Virus record (IMG/VR): IMGVR_UViG_3300020185_000024
Coordinates: 1 to 64,000 of that record
Length of the DNA stretch: 64,000 nt
Strand: one strand, 5' to 3'
From: a virus
Each line of letters begins with the position of its first letter. Position 1 is the stretch's first letter. The notes beneath the pieces were generated by a model. That model worked only from the letters and a program-made list of their open reading frames with translations. It ran no database searches and was not told the origin of the DNA. Made by a program: the position numbers and the translations under genes. Of the stretch, positions 38,274-47,737 are shown piece after piece.

Positions 38274-39164
38274 ATGGCAACAAAAGAATTAAAGAAGAAA
38301 GAATTTACGTTACCTAATAAAAAGGTAACAATTATCCCTATCATGAGGGCTAGAGGTCCTATCAAGGATGAAAAACATGAAGCGTTCTTTTTATTTGGAA
38401 ATGCAACTATAGACGTTTGCGTACCTATGGATAGAATGGGAAACTTAATTGACCCATTATCTCCAGAGGAGAGAGAATATTTTGAAGATAAATCTAGATC
38501 AGGAATGCCTTTTAATGTAGGCGAATTATCTATTTATAATAAGCCAGCAGAAAACTACTGGACTACTTTTAGAATCAAGCTTTCAAAAGATGAGAGAGTT
38601 TTAAATCTATCTAATCCTAAAGATTATTTAGAATATAAAGTATTACTGTCTAATAAAGAATTGGTAGCTCCTTCAGGAGATGTCCAATATGATAAAATGA
38701 CTTACAAGTTTGCTTTAATTTCAGAAGACTTTGCTCAGAAAACTAACTTAAATGAAGCTGATCAAAATGAGAGAGCTTGGACTAAGTTTGGTGAAATTAG
38801 AAACAATAGAGCTTATATGTCAAACTTCCTTAAGATTTATGGAAGAATGCCATCTGAAGATTCTAACGATGACTTCTTAAGAAATGAGATTACTAAGATC
38901 ATTAAAGAAGATATCAAAAGTTTCTTAAGCATAACAGAGGATGATATGTTTGAGGATAAAATTCTTATCCACAGAGCAGTAAGAGCAGGAGCTATTAAGA
39001 TATCAAAAGGTAATTACATACTTCCAGGTGGAGATAAAATGTGTGAGCCAGGAGATAAAGCAGATATAGTAAATGCTATTAAATTCCTCAAAGATCCTGA
39101 AAATCAAGAAGTATATGCTACTGTAAGAGAGCGTATAGAAATTGCAGAAGGAAAAACAAAATAA
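38274..39164 (+). CDS. Conserved crAss-like gene downstream of MCP
   Basis: Synteny; LNLSNPKDYLEYKVL. Confidence 0.7.
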   Translation: MATKELKKKEFTLPNKKVTIIPIMRARGPIKDEKHEAFFLFGNATIDVCVPMDRMGNLIDPLSPEEREYFEDKSRSGMPFNVGELSIYNKPAENYWTTFRIKLSKDERVLNLSNPKDYLEYKVLLSNKELVAPSGDVQYDKMTYKFALISEDFAQKTNLNEADQNERAWTKFGEIRNNRAYMSNFLKIYGRMPSEDSNDDFLRNEITKIIKEDIKSFLSITEDDMFEDKILIHRAVRAGAIKISKGNYILPGGDKMCEPGDKADIVNAIKFLKDPENQEVYATVRERIEIAEGKTK

Positions 39165-39167
39165 TAA

Positions 39168-39911
39168 ATGACAGCAACTGAAATTAATAATGAGTTCCTA
39201 TTAGCATACGATAAATTAATGGGGCCTTCAGCTCCAGGGTTAGATGCTTATGAAATCTCAGTATTATTAACTAAAGGTGCTGAAAGAAAAATAAAACAAG
39301 TTTATAACCCTCTTGGTAACAAATACCAGGAGGGGTATGAACAAAGTGAGAAAAGGAAAAAGGAATTAGCTCCTTTAACTAAGACAGCTAATCTTACTCC
39401 TAAGACTTACGATAGTTCTTTGAATTTACCAAATGGTAGGTTTGTAGATTTACCTGAAGATTTTATGTGGGCAACCACAGAAGAAGTTACAGTATCATCT
39501 GCAGACGCATGTATTGACAACACGAGAATAGAAGTTAAACCTATTACTCATGATGGATACAATAAGAATAAAAGAAATCCTTTTAAAAAGCCTAGTGACA
39601 AACTAGTATGGAGAATGGATTATGGTTGGGACAATATTACTCAGCAACATGAGCTTATAGAAGCAAATTCTTATGATATTACTAAGTACCATTTAAGATA
39701 TATTAAGAGACCTAAGCCTATCATTGTATCTGATTTAACTATCTTGCCTGGTAGTTTATCTATAGAAGGATACTCTACAATTCAAGCAATTGAATACAAT
39801 GATGTATTTATAAGAGAGATAATAGATGAGGCTGTGCTAATAGGACTAGAAGTGTTCCAAGAACAACGACTACAAACAGCAGCACAACTAAATCAACAAA
39901 AAACTGAATAA
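39168..39911 (+). CDS. Head-tail ring (adaptor) protein
   Basis: EISVLLT, GYEQSEKR, YHLRYIKRPKPII; synteny. Confidence 0.65.
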   Translation: MTATEINNEFLLAYDKLMGPSAPGLDAYEISVLLTKGAERKIKQVYNPLGNKYQEGYEQSEKRKKELAPLTKTANLTPKTYDSSLNLPNGRFVDLPEDFMWATTEEVTVSSADACIDNTRIEVKPITHDGYNKNKRNPFKKPSDKLVWRMDYGWDNITQQHELIEANSYDITKYHLRYIKRPKPIIVSDLTILPGSLSIEGYSTIQAIEYNDVFIREIIDEAVLIGLEVFQEQRLQTAAQLNQQKTE

Positions 39912-39941
39912 CAATATTTATTAATTTAATTTTAAAATAAA

Positions 39942-41198
39942 ATGGCAACATTTTCACAAAACAACATTCAATGGTTACTATTAGGTAATGACACAAGTAC
40001 AAACGGAGCTAGTAGAGCTGCAGGGATTAATTCCTTAGCTTCTGGTGAAGTAGGAGTATTTGGGGCATACGGAGATAAACTAACTAGCGCAAATGACGCA
40101 GGTCTTCGATTTATGGTAGCTCAAGAAAACGGAAATTCTCCTGTTACTTCTGAGATCATAGATCCTACAACAGTAACAAAACTTAAAAAAGTCGTTGGTG
40201 CTGCTGCAGCTCAACAAGTAGACGTAATTGGATTTAATGGAACTTCTGGTTCTATTAATGTAATTGCAGATAACGTTTATATGGCTAACGTAAACTTAAA
40301 CCAAAGTTTAGTTTCAAATCACGGTGGACAATACCTTAAACATGCAGTTTACAAATCTCCTTCAACAGGAGCAACTCAGCTTGGTATTGCAAGCGGTTTA
40401 ACTGATTCATTCATTAAAAATTTCAGCAAAGAAGCAAGTAAAATTGTAAAAGCTGAACGTTTATGCGATGAAGCAGGTACTGCTTTAGGTACAGGTACTG
40501 CAACTTCAGCAACAGTAGTAGCTACCAATGGTAGTAAAGTTGTTACTGGATGGGCAGATGTAGACGATGCTACAACTAACGCAGCTATGGAAGTAGGAGG
40601 TCTTTTAAGATTTGGTACTGCCACAACTGATCCAGTTTATGTAATTGCTTCTATTGATGCTATTAATGATACTCTTACTTTAGATGTTCCTTATCAAGGA
40701 ACAACTGAAACTTTTAATGACACTGGTTTAGAAACAATTCCTGCTGCAACTGCTGTTGCTTCTGAAATGGGAGTTAAAGTAACTGGCATAGCTGGAGAAT
40801 TTGACACTGGTAAAATGCATTACTACCCAGGAACTTCTTGGACTATGACATTGAGAGATTTTGGTACTACTACTCTTACTAATTCTGTTGGACAAGATAA
40901 CGGAAAAGGTACTTATGAGCAAGTAGCTGAATTGGAATTCTTCCTTCAAGGAAATGGTGGAAACACTATGCGAGCTCCAGAACCACATGTCTTTACTCGT
41001 AGAGCTAAAGCTGTTGAAGGTGCTTTATACAACTTGTATGAAATCACTTACACAACTAAAGAAGAACGAGGATACGGTGCTATTCATGCTCCTAAACAGT
41101 TGACTATTGCTGCAATTTCTACTAATGGTGGATGGGCAGATGATCCAATTACAGGTTTGCAAGCAACAATTGAAAAGCTTACTGGATTATCATTCTAA
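39942..41198 (+). CDS. Abundant structural protein (auxiliary capsid-like)
   Basis: Ala/Thr/Gly-rich, GKGTYEQVAELEFF; followed by a strong terminator. Confidence 0.6.
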   Translation: MATFSQNNIQWLLLGNDTSTNGASRAAGINSLASGEVGVFGAYGDKLTSANDAGLRFMVAQENGNSPVTSEIIDPTTVTKLKKVVGAAAAQQVDVIGFNGTSGSINVIADNVYMANVNLNQSLVSNHGGQYLKHAVYKSPSTGATQLGIASGLTDSFIKNFSKEASKIVKAERLCDEAGTALGTGTATSATVVATNGSKVVTGWADVDDATTNAAMEVGGLLRFGTATTDPVYVIASIDAINDTLTLDVPYQGTTETFNDTGLETIPAATAVASEMGVKVTGIAGEFDTGKMHYYPGTSWTMTLRDFGTTTLTNSVGQDNGKGTYEQVAELEFFLQGNGGNTMRAPEPHVFTRRAKAVEGALYNLYEITYTTKEERGYGAIHAPKQLTIAAISTNGGWADDPITGLQATIEKLTGLSF

Positions 41199-41210
41199 GA
41201 TATAAATCAT

Positions 41211-41242
41211 AAAAGGAGGGGTTAATTCTCCTCCTTTTTTTT
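41211..41242 (+). terminator. Intrinsic terminator
   Basis: AAAAGGAGGGG-TTAAT-TCTCCTCCTTTTTTTT. Confidence 0.8.
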
Positions 41243-41270
41243 ACTTTTTTTCTTTATTTATTATTTCTCT

Positions 41271-41834
41271 ATGGCTTTTGAACCAAAAATATCTGTATGT
41301 TATCACAATTGTAATGAAGTTAAAATAACTGACATTACTGGAGTTTATAATGTGGATTCCAATGCTACTGCATGGAATACTCCAAATCCTGCATCTTCAG
41401 ATGCTACTAAGATTGAACTTGTAATTGATGGAGTAATATACGATGTTACTGATGATGCTCCAGGAGAAATAAATGGAGAATTTACTTATACCATAGCAGA
41501 CTTAGTTCTAGCTGATGGTTATCATACTTTTGAATATAAAGTATATTACACTGAAGGCGTAGGAGTTGACGCTGTAGCTAAAAACACTTCTTACACACTT
41601 ACAGAATTTATTACATGTTCAGCAAGATGCTGTGTAGATAAAATGTGGTTAAGAGTAGCTGACAATCACTGTAATTGCGATAAAGGAGATTTAATGCAAA
41701 AAGCAATAGAAGCTGAAGCATTACTCAAAGCAGCACAAACATCTGCTGCAGCTTGTGGAAATGAAACCCAAGCTAACTTGTTACTTGATTCAGTAACTAA
41801 TTTATGTGCATTTGAAGAATGCAATTGTAACTAA
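41271..41834 (+). CDS. Tail hub-like structural protein
   Basis: Beta-rich N-terminal part, Cys-rich helical C-terminus (CNCN). Confidence 0.55.
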   Translation: MAFEPKISVCYHNCNEVKITDITGVYNVDSNATAWNTPNPASSDATKIELVIDGVIYDVTDDAPGEINGEFTYTIADLVLADGYHTFEYKVYYTEGVGVDAVAKNTSYTLTEFITCSARCCVDKMWLRVADNHCNCDKGDLMQKAIEAEALLKAAQTSAAACGNETQANLLLDSVTNLCAFEECNCN

Positions 41835-41846
41835 AAACTTTAAAAA

Positions 41847-43166
41847 ATGGCAAACGAAACTCAAAATCAAATACTTAATTCTTCTAGAAGAATAGAAAAC
41901 TTATTAGGTGGAACAGGAAATGATGGAGGTGTATCTAGTGAAAAAACTCTAAAAACTCTAGCTACCGAATCCACTCTAATTTCATTATTAAATCACACAA
42001 TAGATACTCAAGATATTGAAGTATTATTAGTAAGAGATACAGGAGCATCTGATAAAGTAGTGCAACAAATAAGAGAGTACACTCAACCATCAGGTCCTTG
42101 GGTAACTTCTTACGAAGATGTGTCTGGAAATGCTTATACTCCAGCAGGGCCATTAGAATATTTAGATCCTTCAGCAGTATTAAACTTAATGCTAGCAGAA
42201 GAGTTAAGTCAAGGAATAGCTATAAGTTCTCAAATTAATTTGTTAACTTCTATTTTAAATAAAATAATTGCTGCACCTGCTACTGAAGCTAAACAAGATA
42301 CGTTAATTACAGCTCTAGGGTCATTACTTACAGAACTTCAAGCAAAAGCAGACTTGACGGAAACTCAGCCAGTAAGTGCTGCAGCTTTACCACTACCAAC
42401 TGGTGCTTCAACTGAAGCAAAACAAGATACTGGCAATACTAGCCTAGGAACAATCGCTGGAGACACTACAAGTATCGATGCTAAGTTACCAGCTCAAGGA
42501 GCAGCTTTAACAGCCGCTTCAACGCCTGTAAACATTGCTAGTGATCAAATTGTGCCAGTAAGTGCATCAAGTTTACCACTGCCAAGTGGAGCTGCAACAG
42601 AAACTACTCAAGCTACTTTAGCTACTCAAGCTACTTTATCTCTTTTAGAGAATAAAGATTTTGCTACACAAAGTACTTTACAAGGAGTTTCTAACACTAA
42701 TAATAATATTAGTGATAAATCAAATATTATTGCAGCAGCTACACAAAGTATGGATGTAAACACTGCTAATATTCAAACTAATGGAGTTACAACTTCACAA
42801 AAAGTTACTTCAATAGATAATAAAACTCCTGCATTAGGACAAGCTGCAATGTCTCAATCAGTACCAGTCACTATAGCTAGTAACCAATCTAATGTTCCTG
42901 TAGCTATTCAAACCACTGCTAGGACTTTTTCAGCAGTTAATGTAGGAATAGGAGTAACGTTTACAGCCCCTGCTGGATGTAAATATATTAAAATATTTGG
43001 CAATGCTCATAATATGCCTGGTATAGTTGCTGTAAATGGGTGGCCAGTAGACCTTTCTAATAAATCTTATTTTGTGGAAATAACAGCTCCAGCAGGTTGT
43101 ACCATTACTGGATTAGTTTTAAATGGTATAGCAACAGGAAACGTTATTGTTCACTATTTAGTTTAA
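41847..43166 (+). CDS. Fibrous structural protein with internal repeats
   Basis: Duplicated TEAKQDT, PVSAxxLPLPxGA and SIDxKxPAxGxA...PVxIASxQ. Confidence 0.65.
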   Translation: MANETQNQILNSSRRIENLLGGTGNDGGVSSEKTLKTLATESTLISLLNHTIDTQDIEVLLVRDTGASDKVVQQIREYTQPSGPWVTSYEDVSGNAYTPAGPLEYLDPSAVLNLMLAEELSQGIAISSQINLLTSILNKIIAAPATEAKQDTLITALGSLLTELQAKADLTETQPVSAAALPLPTGASTEAKQDTGNTSLGTIAGDTTSIDAKLPAQGAALTAASTPVNIASDQIVPVSASSLPLPSGAATETTQATLATQATLSLLENKDFATQSTLQGVSNTNNNISDKSNIIAAATQSMDVNTANIQTNGVTTSQKVTSIDNKTPALGQAAMSQSVPVTIASNQSNVPVAIQTTARTFSAVNVGIGVTFTAPAGCKYIKIFGNAHNMPGIVAVNGWPVDLSNKSYFVEITAPAGCTITGLVLNGIATGNVIVHYLV

Positions 43167-43184
43167 TATATTTAAAATTTTCTT

Positions 43185-44240
43185 ATGACATGTAAATCAT
43201 GTAAAAGTGCAACGTGTAATGGAGCTTGTAAAAGCATTACATTACCTGCTACTCTAAATAAAGGTGCAACTGGGGCTAATGGAGCTGACGGAGCTTCTGC
43301 ATTTATGTATATAGGTTACGCAACCTCTAATACTGGTGCTGACTTTGCTACTGCTCCTTTTGCTTCTGCTAATTGGGTATCCTTTAAAAACACAACAGTA
43401 GCTTCTACAAACGATGTAAATTTACATGCAGGCAACTGGATAGAACTAGAGTGTCCTTGTACTTCCAGCAATGGAGAAGATGGTACTAATGGAGTAGGAA
43501 TTTCTCAAATAGAACTTACTGACGGAGATGGTTCTCCAGGAACTACTGATACTTATACTATAACTTATTCAGATGCTACTACTTCTACATTTACTGTAAC
43601 TAATGGTGCAAATGGAGAATCAGGAGCAGCAGGAACAAGTCAACAAATTCTTTATGGAACAATTGCTCCTGGAGATATTTTAGGTGAAGATGGAGATTCT
43701 TATATAGATACTATAACTGGTAATCTTTATAGCAAAGCTGCAGGAGCTTGGACTTTAGAAACAAATTTAAAAGGTCCTACAGGAGCTACAGGAGCAACAG
43801 GTCCAGCAGGCCCAGCAGGAACAGCAGCAAATAATAAGTATGCTGCAATAATGATATCCTCAGATAAGACTATAAATACAACTACTGTAGCAACTCCTAT
43901 AGAAGAATGGGAAACATCTGAAGCAAGCGGATACTCAGTTAGCCTTAATGACGGAACTCTTACAGTAAACGAAAATGTTACAACTATTGTTGAATTTAAT
44001 ATAGCATTTACAAGTGGATCAAGTGAAGAGTTTACTTTTACAATATATAAAAATGGAACTACGATTACTAATTTACTTGTTTTTGCAAGTACAGGTTCAA
44101 GTTCAGCCAAGTCAGGTAAAGCAAGTTTGAGATTTCCAATTACTTTAATAAATGGAGATAGTTTAGTCATTAAGGTAGCTTCAAATAGTACAGCAACTTT
44201 AGTAATTAAAAACGCAACATTTATAATAGAAGGAAAATAA
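43185..44240 (+). CDS. Collagen-repeat fibre protein
   Basis: Cys-rich N-terminus, several Gly-X-Y runs, GEDGDSYIDT module, beta-rich C-terminus. Confidence 0.75.
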   Translation: MTCKSCKSATCNGACKSITLPATLNKGATGANGADGASAFMYIGYATSNTGADFATAPFASANWVSFKNTTVASTNDVNLHAGNWIELECPCTSSNGEDGTNGVGISQIELTDGDGSPGTTDTYTITYSDATTSTFTVTNGANGESGAAGTSQQILYGTIAPGDILGEDGDSYIDTITGNLYSKAAGAWTLETNLKGPTGATGATGPAGPAGTAANNKYAAIMISSDKTINTTTVATPIEEWETSEASGYSVSLNDGTLTVNENVTTIVEFNIAFTSGSSEEFTFTIYKNGTTITNLLVFASTGSSSAKSGKASLRFPITLINGDSLVIKVASNSTATLVIKNATFIIEGK

Positions 44241-44241
44241 T

Positions 44242-44979
44242 ATGGCATCTACTATTACCACAAGTTCGGATACTTTTTACGAAAATATAAATGCTCCAGG
44301 AGTTGTTGACTTTACTAGAAATATAACCATAAGTATTAACGGATCAGCCACATTTAACGCTTCTAAAGCAGCTAGTAATTTATATGCAACTAATGTTCCT
44401 TTAGGTTGGACATTAGCAGCGAGTGCTGGAAGCAATGTAACTAAAGAAATACTTGTAACTTTTTCTGGCACTGCAAATGATCACGATGCTGCAGACAGTA
44501 TTTCTAATTTAGGATTATATCTTCCTTTAACAGGAAGCAATGGACCTACTTACACTGTTCAAGATGGCTTAGATGATTGGGAAAAAACAGACTTTAATGT
44601 AATATTTTATGGAGGAGCAGCCCCAGATCCAGACCCAGACCCAGATCCAGATCCAGATCCAGATCCAGATCCAGATCCTCCAGTCGAAATTATTGAAAAT
44701 TTTGTTAGTAAATTTAAAACTTATGTATTAGATTTGCAATGTAAGCATGCTTCTTTAGGAGAAAAAATAAGTAAAGGATATCATTATGGTAAATTCTGCG
44801 AAAACAAAAATAAAGACTTTATACAATTAAGTTACATAATAGATATACTTTCTAGACATAATTCTAGATTAGAAGAACTCAATAAAGAATTAGACAGTAC
44901 TTTTGATCATTATTGCTTAAAAGATACTGAATTACTTAAACTAGTAGATTACGCATACTACACAATTAAAAAATACTAA
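44242..44979 (+). CDS. Structural protein: Ig-like domain, (Pro-Asp)9 linker, helical Cys-containing C-domain
   Basis: ORF sequence. Confidence 0.65.
   Translation: MASTITTSSDTFYENINAPGVVDFTRNITISINGSATFNASKAASNLYATNVPLGWTLAASAGSNVTKEILVTFSGTANDHDAADSISNLGLYLPLTGSNGPTYTVQDGLDDWEKTDFNVIFYGGAAPDPDPDPDPDPDPDPDPDPPVEIIENFVSKFKTYVLDLQCKHASLGEKISKGYHYGKFCENKNKDFIQLSYIIDILSRHNSRLEELNKELDSTFDHYCLKDTELLKLVDYAYYTIKKY
44623..44676 (+). repeat. Hexamer tandem repeat (CCAGAY)x9
   Basis: Read directly; encodes PDPDPDPDPDPDPDPDPD. Confidence 0.95.
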
Positions 44980-46175
44980 TGTCAGGAACTAGAATAATAT
45001 CTAATATAGAAGCTTTAAAAGAAATAACTAAAGCAGAAACCCTTGATTTAGTAATCATAGGTAAAAGAAGTACTTCTAATACAGATGGTAAAAAGTATGA
45101 TCCTAAGTCCATAACTATAGAAAAGTTTATGGAGCTTGTTAATTCAGGCACTAACATACTATTAGATGAAGATGATTTTGCTTCTGACTCTAATTCTAAA
45201 GCACCAACTCAACAATCAACTAAAGCTTATATAGCATCACAATTAGCGTCTGGAGGATTTACTCTTTTAGATGATGATACTATGTCAGCAGCGTCGAGAA
45301 CCCAAGCAGCCACTCAAGGTTCGATAAAAGTATACATTGATAACAGTGTAACTTTTACGAATCCTGTAGGAGAAACTACTGTTAGAAACACATTTGGAGA
45401 TATTAAATCTGGAGTAACTAATATAAACGGATTAACCTATCAAGAAATATTTGAAAATATGTTTTTTCCTTATTCCTTACCTTCATTCTCTAGTTTTACT
45501 TTAAATGGAATAAGTACTGTTCAAGAAATAGGAGCAAGCATAGGTCAAAATCAAACATTTACTTGGGGATACAATAACTCAGGAAATATAAGTACTGCTT
45601 CTAATGCTATAGCACTATCTAATTATATAGGAACTTATTTACCAGCAACTTTTGGCGTACCTAAAACTACTACTAGTCAAGCAGTTAGTTTTAATAGCGT
45701 CATAACTTCAAGTACTCCTGGAGATACTGTAGGTTTTACAGTAACAGGACTAAACACTAAAAACACTACATTTAGTAGAAATTATGTTATGGGATTTTAT
45801 GGAAGAGTTATATGGGGTACTCACGCAAGCCCAGTAATAAATACTGGTCAAGCTGCAGCTTTAACAGCTAGTCAAAATGACTTAACTAAAAATATGACTA
45901 ACTCTACTGGTAATGACATAGTAGGAAGTCGATTAACTTTTAATCCTTCAGGTTCTGAATACAGTTATTTACTGATACCTACAGGAGTTCAAATGCCAAA
46001 CGATATTAGAAATTCTACTTTATCTAGTATAGCTAATAGCTTTGACATGTATCAAAATTTATCTGGACAAACAGATATAGTTATAAACACAGCAACAGGA
46101 ATTAATGTTACTTATAAAGTATTTAGAAGTCAAAATGCTTCTAGTGGAGCAAGCACCTGTATAATATCTAACTAA
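44979..46175 (+). CDS. Tail fibre/spike subunit
   Basis: Two LLDxDxxxxxSxxxxxTQxSxKxYI repeats; Thr/Ser-rich beta C-terminus. Confidence 0.7.
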   Translation: MSGTRIISNIEALKEITKAETLDLVIIGKRSTSNTDGKKYDPKSITIEKFMELVNSGTNILLDEDDFASDSNSKAPTQQSTKAYIASQLASGGFTLLDDDTMSAASRTQAATQGSIKVYIDNSVTFTNPVGETTVRNTFGDIKSGVTNINGLTYQEIFENMFFPYSLPSFSSFTLNGISTVQEIGASIGQNQTFTWGYNNSGNISTASNAIALSNYIGTYLPATFGVPKTTTSQAVSFNSVITSSTPGDTVGFTVTGLNTKNTTFSRNYVMGFYGRVIWGTHASPVINTGQAAALTASQNDLTKNMTNSTGNDIVGSRLTFNPSGSEYSYLLIPTGVQMPNDIRNSTLSSIANSFDMYQNLSGQTDIVINTATGINVTYKVFRSQNASSGASTCIISN

Positions 46176-47737
46176 TGGGAATTAAAATAACATCAAATTT
46201 TGAAAGAAACGCTTCTAGCGACACTTATTCTTTAATGGATATTCTTACAGTAAAAGGAGGATTCTCTTCTTTTGCTAATATGGCAACATTAAACAGTGGA
46301 TTACCTTTACCTGTTAGAACAGATAATATGGTAGTCTATACAGCAGACAATCAAAGCTTTTATGAATTAACTACTAATCCTAGTACAGATGTGACTACTC
46401 CTTCAGATTGGACTATCTTAACTGTAGGAGTCTCTGGAGGAGTAACTATAAAAGGAACTGTATGGAATGCTTCAGCTAACACTGGTCCAATACTAAATGA
46501 CAATTCAGGAACTGACGGAGACTTTTATATATGCGGAACTGCAGGAACAGTTAGCGACCCTAATATAGCAGTAGCTAACGGAGAAACTTTTATAGTAGGA
46601 GACTGGATTATATTTGATGGAACTAACTGGAGAAGGTTAGTTCAATCAGGAAATGCAGGAGATTGGAATACTTTAGCAAATAAACCAGCTACTTTTCCTC
46701 CTGATGTTCATATTCATACAATTGCAGACTTAGATGCAGCAGCACAAGCATTAATCAATGGAAAAGAAGATCTTACAAATAAAGTTCAAACTTTAACTGA
46801 TGTAAATGCTAATAAGACTTCTACATCTATGTATCCTTCATTAAATGCTTTAGTAGATTATATAGCTCAAGAAATTACTGCAGCAGGAACTGGTGGCGGT
46901 GGAACTACAGATCATAATCTTCTTACTACCTTACAAGGAGGAAATACTAACGAATATTATCATTTTGACGCTAGTCAGCATAGCAAATTACTTGCTTTGA
47001 TATACACAGCACCTACAATTAGATTTAATGGCTCTACGGCTCTTAAATTAACTTCTACTGTAGAAACAGGAAATAATATTACAACAGCTGCTTCAAGTAC
47101 TTTAATTACTACCACATTTACAGAATTAGCTAATATTACACCTGCTACTACTTGGGAAAAGAAAGAAACTCAGACAGGATCTTTTGGTGCAACTAGTACA
47201 ACAGCTCCTACATTTACTTCAGCTTATAGCGGAGTACCTGGAAATGGTATAACTAAAGTTTCTGAAGGGAGGATATATGAAGTCACTTCTTCAGGTTCAG
47301 GCAATGCTTTAGTAAGTCCAACAGTTTACACTTATGTTCAAACTATGTATAGAGTATATTATTTTATGGCAGATAGTACTACAGATTTTACAGATCCTGG
47401 AAACACTGTCGCATTGCAGAATTTTTTAAATACTGCTAAAGGAAATGCTAATGTTCCTAATCAAGTATATCATGAACTTAGGTCTGCCAAGAAAACAGGC
47501 AAAGTAACATTCACAGAACCAGGAACAGGTGCTGTACATATATATACAGTACATCCAGACGCTTACGGAACTCAAGTATTTGATAATGCTACATTTCCTG
47601 GAAATAATTATACTACAGTAAGTTCTACATTCAGTTATAATAATAATGGAACTACTACTACATATAGAATAACTAGACTTAGTGGAACTAGTGCTCCATT
47701 AGCTATTAACGGAAGCATAGAAATAAACTTTAAATAA
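46175..47737 (+). CDS. Tail fibre subunit
   Basis: KGTVWNAS...GDFYI...GDWIIFDGTNW module, WNTLANKPATFPP, HNLLTTLQGG. Confidence 0.75.
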   Translation: MGIKITSNFERNASSDTYSLMDILTVKGGFSSFANMATLNSGLPLPVRTDNMVVYTADNQSFYELTTNPSTDVTTPSDWTILTVGVSGGVTIKGTVWNASANTGPILNDNSGTDGDFYICGTAGTVSDPNIAVANGETFIVGDWIIFDGTNWRRLVQSGNAGDWNTLANKPATFPPDVHIHTIADLDAAAQALINGKEDLTNKVQTLTDVNANKTSTSMYPSLNALVDYIAQEITAAGTGGGGTTDHNLLTTLQGGNTNEYYHFDASQHSKLLALIYTAPTIRFNGSTALKLTSTVETGNNITTAASSTLITTTFTELANITPATTWEKKETQTGSFGATSTTAPTFTSAYSGVPGNGITKVSEGRIYEVTSSGSGNALVSPTVYTYVQTMYRVYYFMADSTTDFTDPGNTVALQNFLNTAKGNANVPNQVYHELRSAKKTGKVTFTEPGTGAVHIYTVHPDAYGTQVFDNATFPGNNYTTVSSTFSYNNNGTTTTYRITRLSGTSAPLAINGSIEINFK

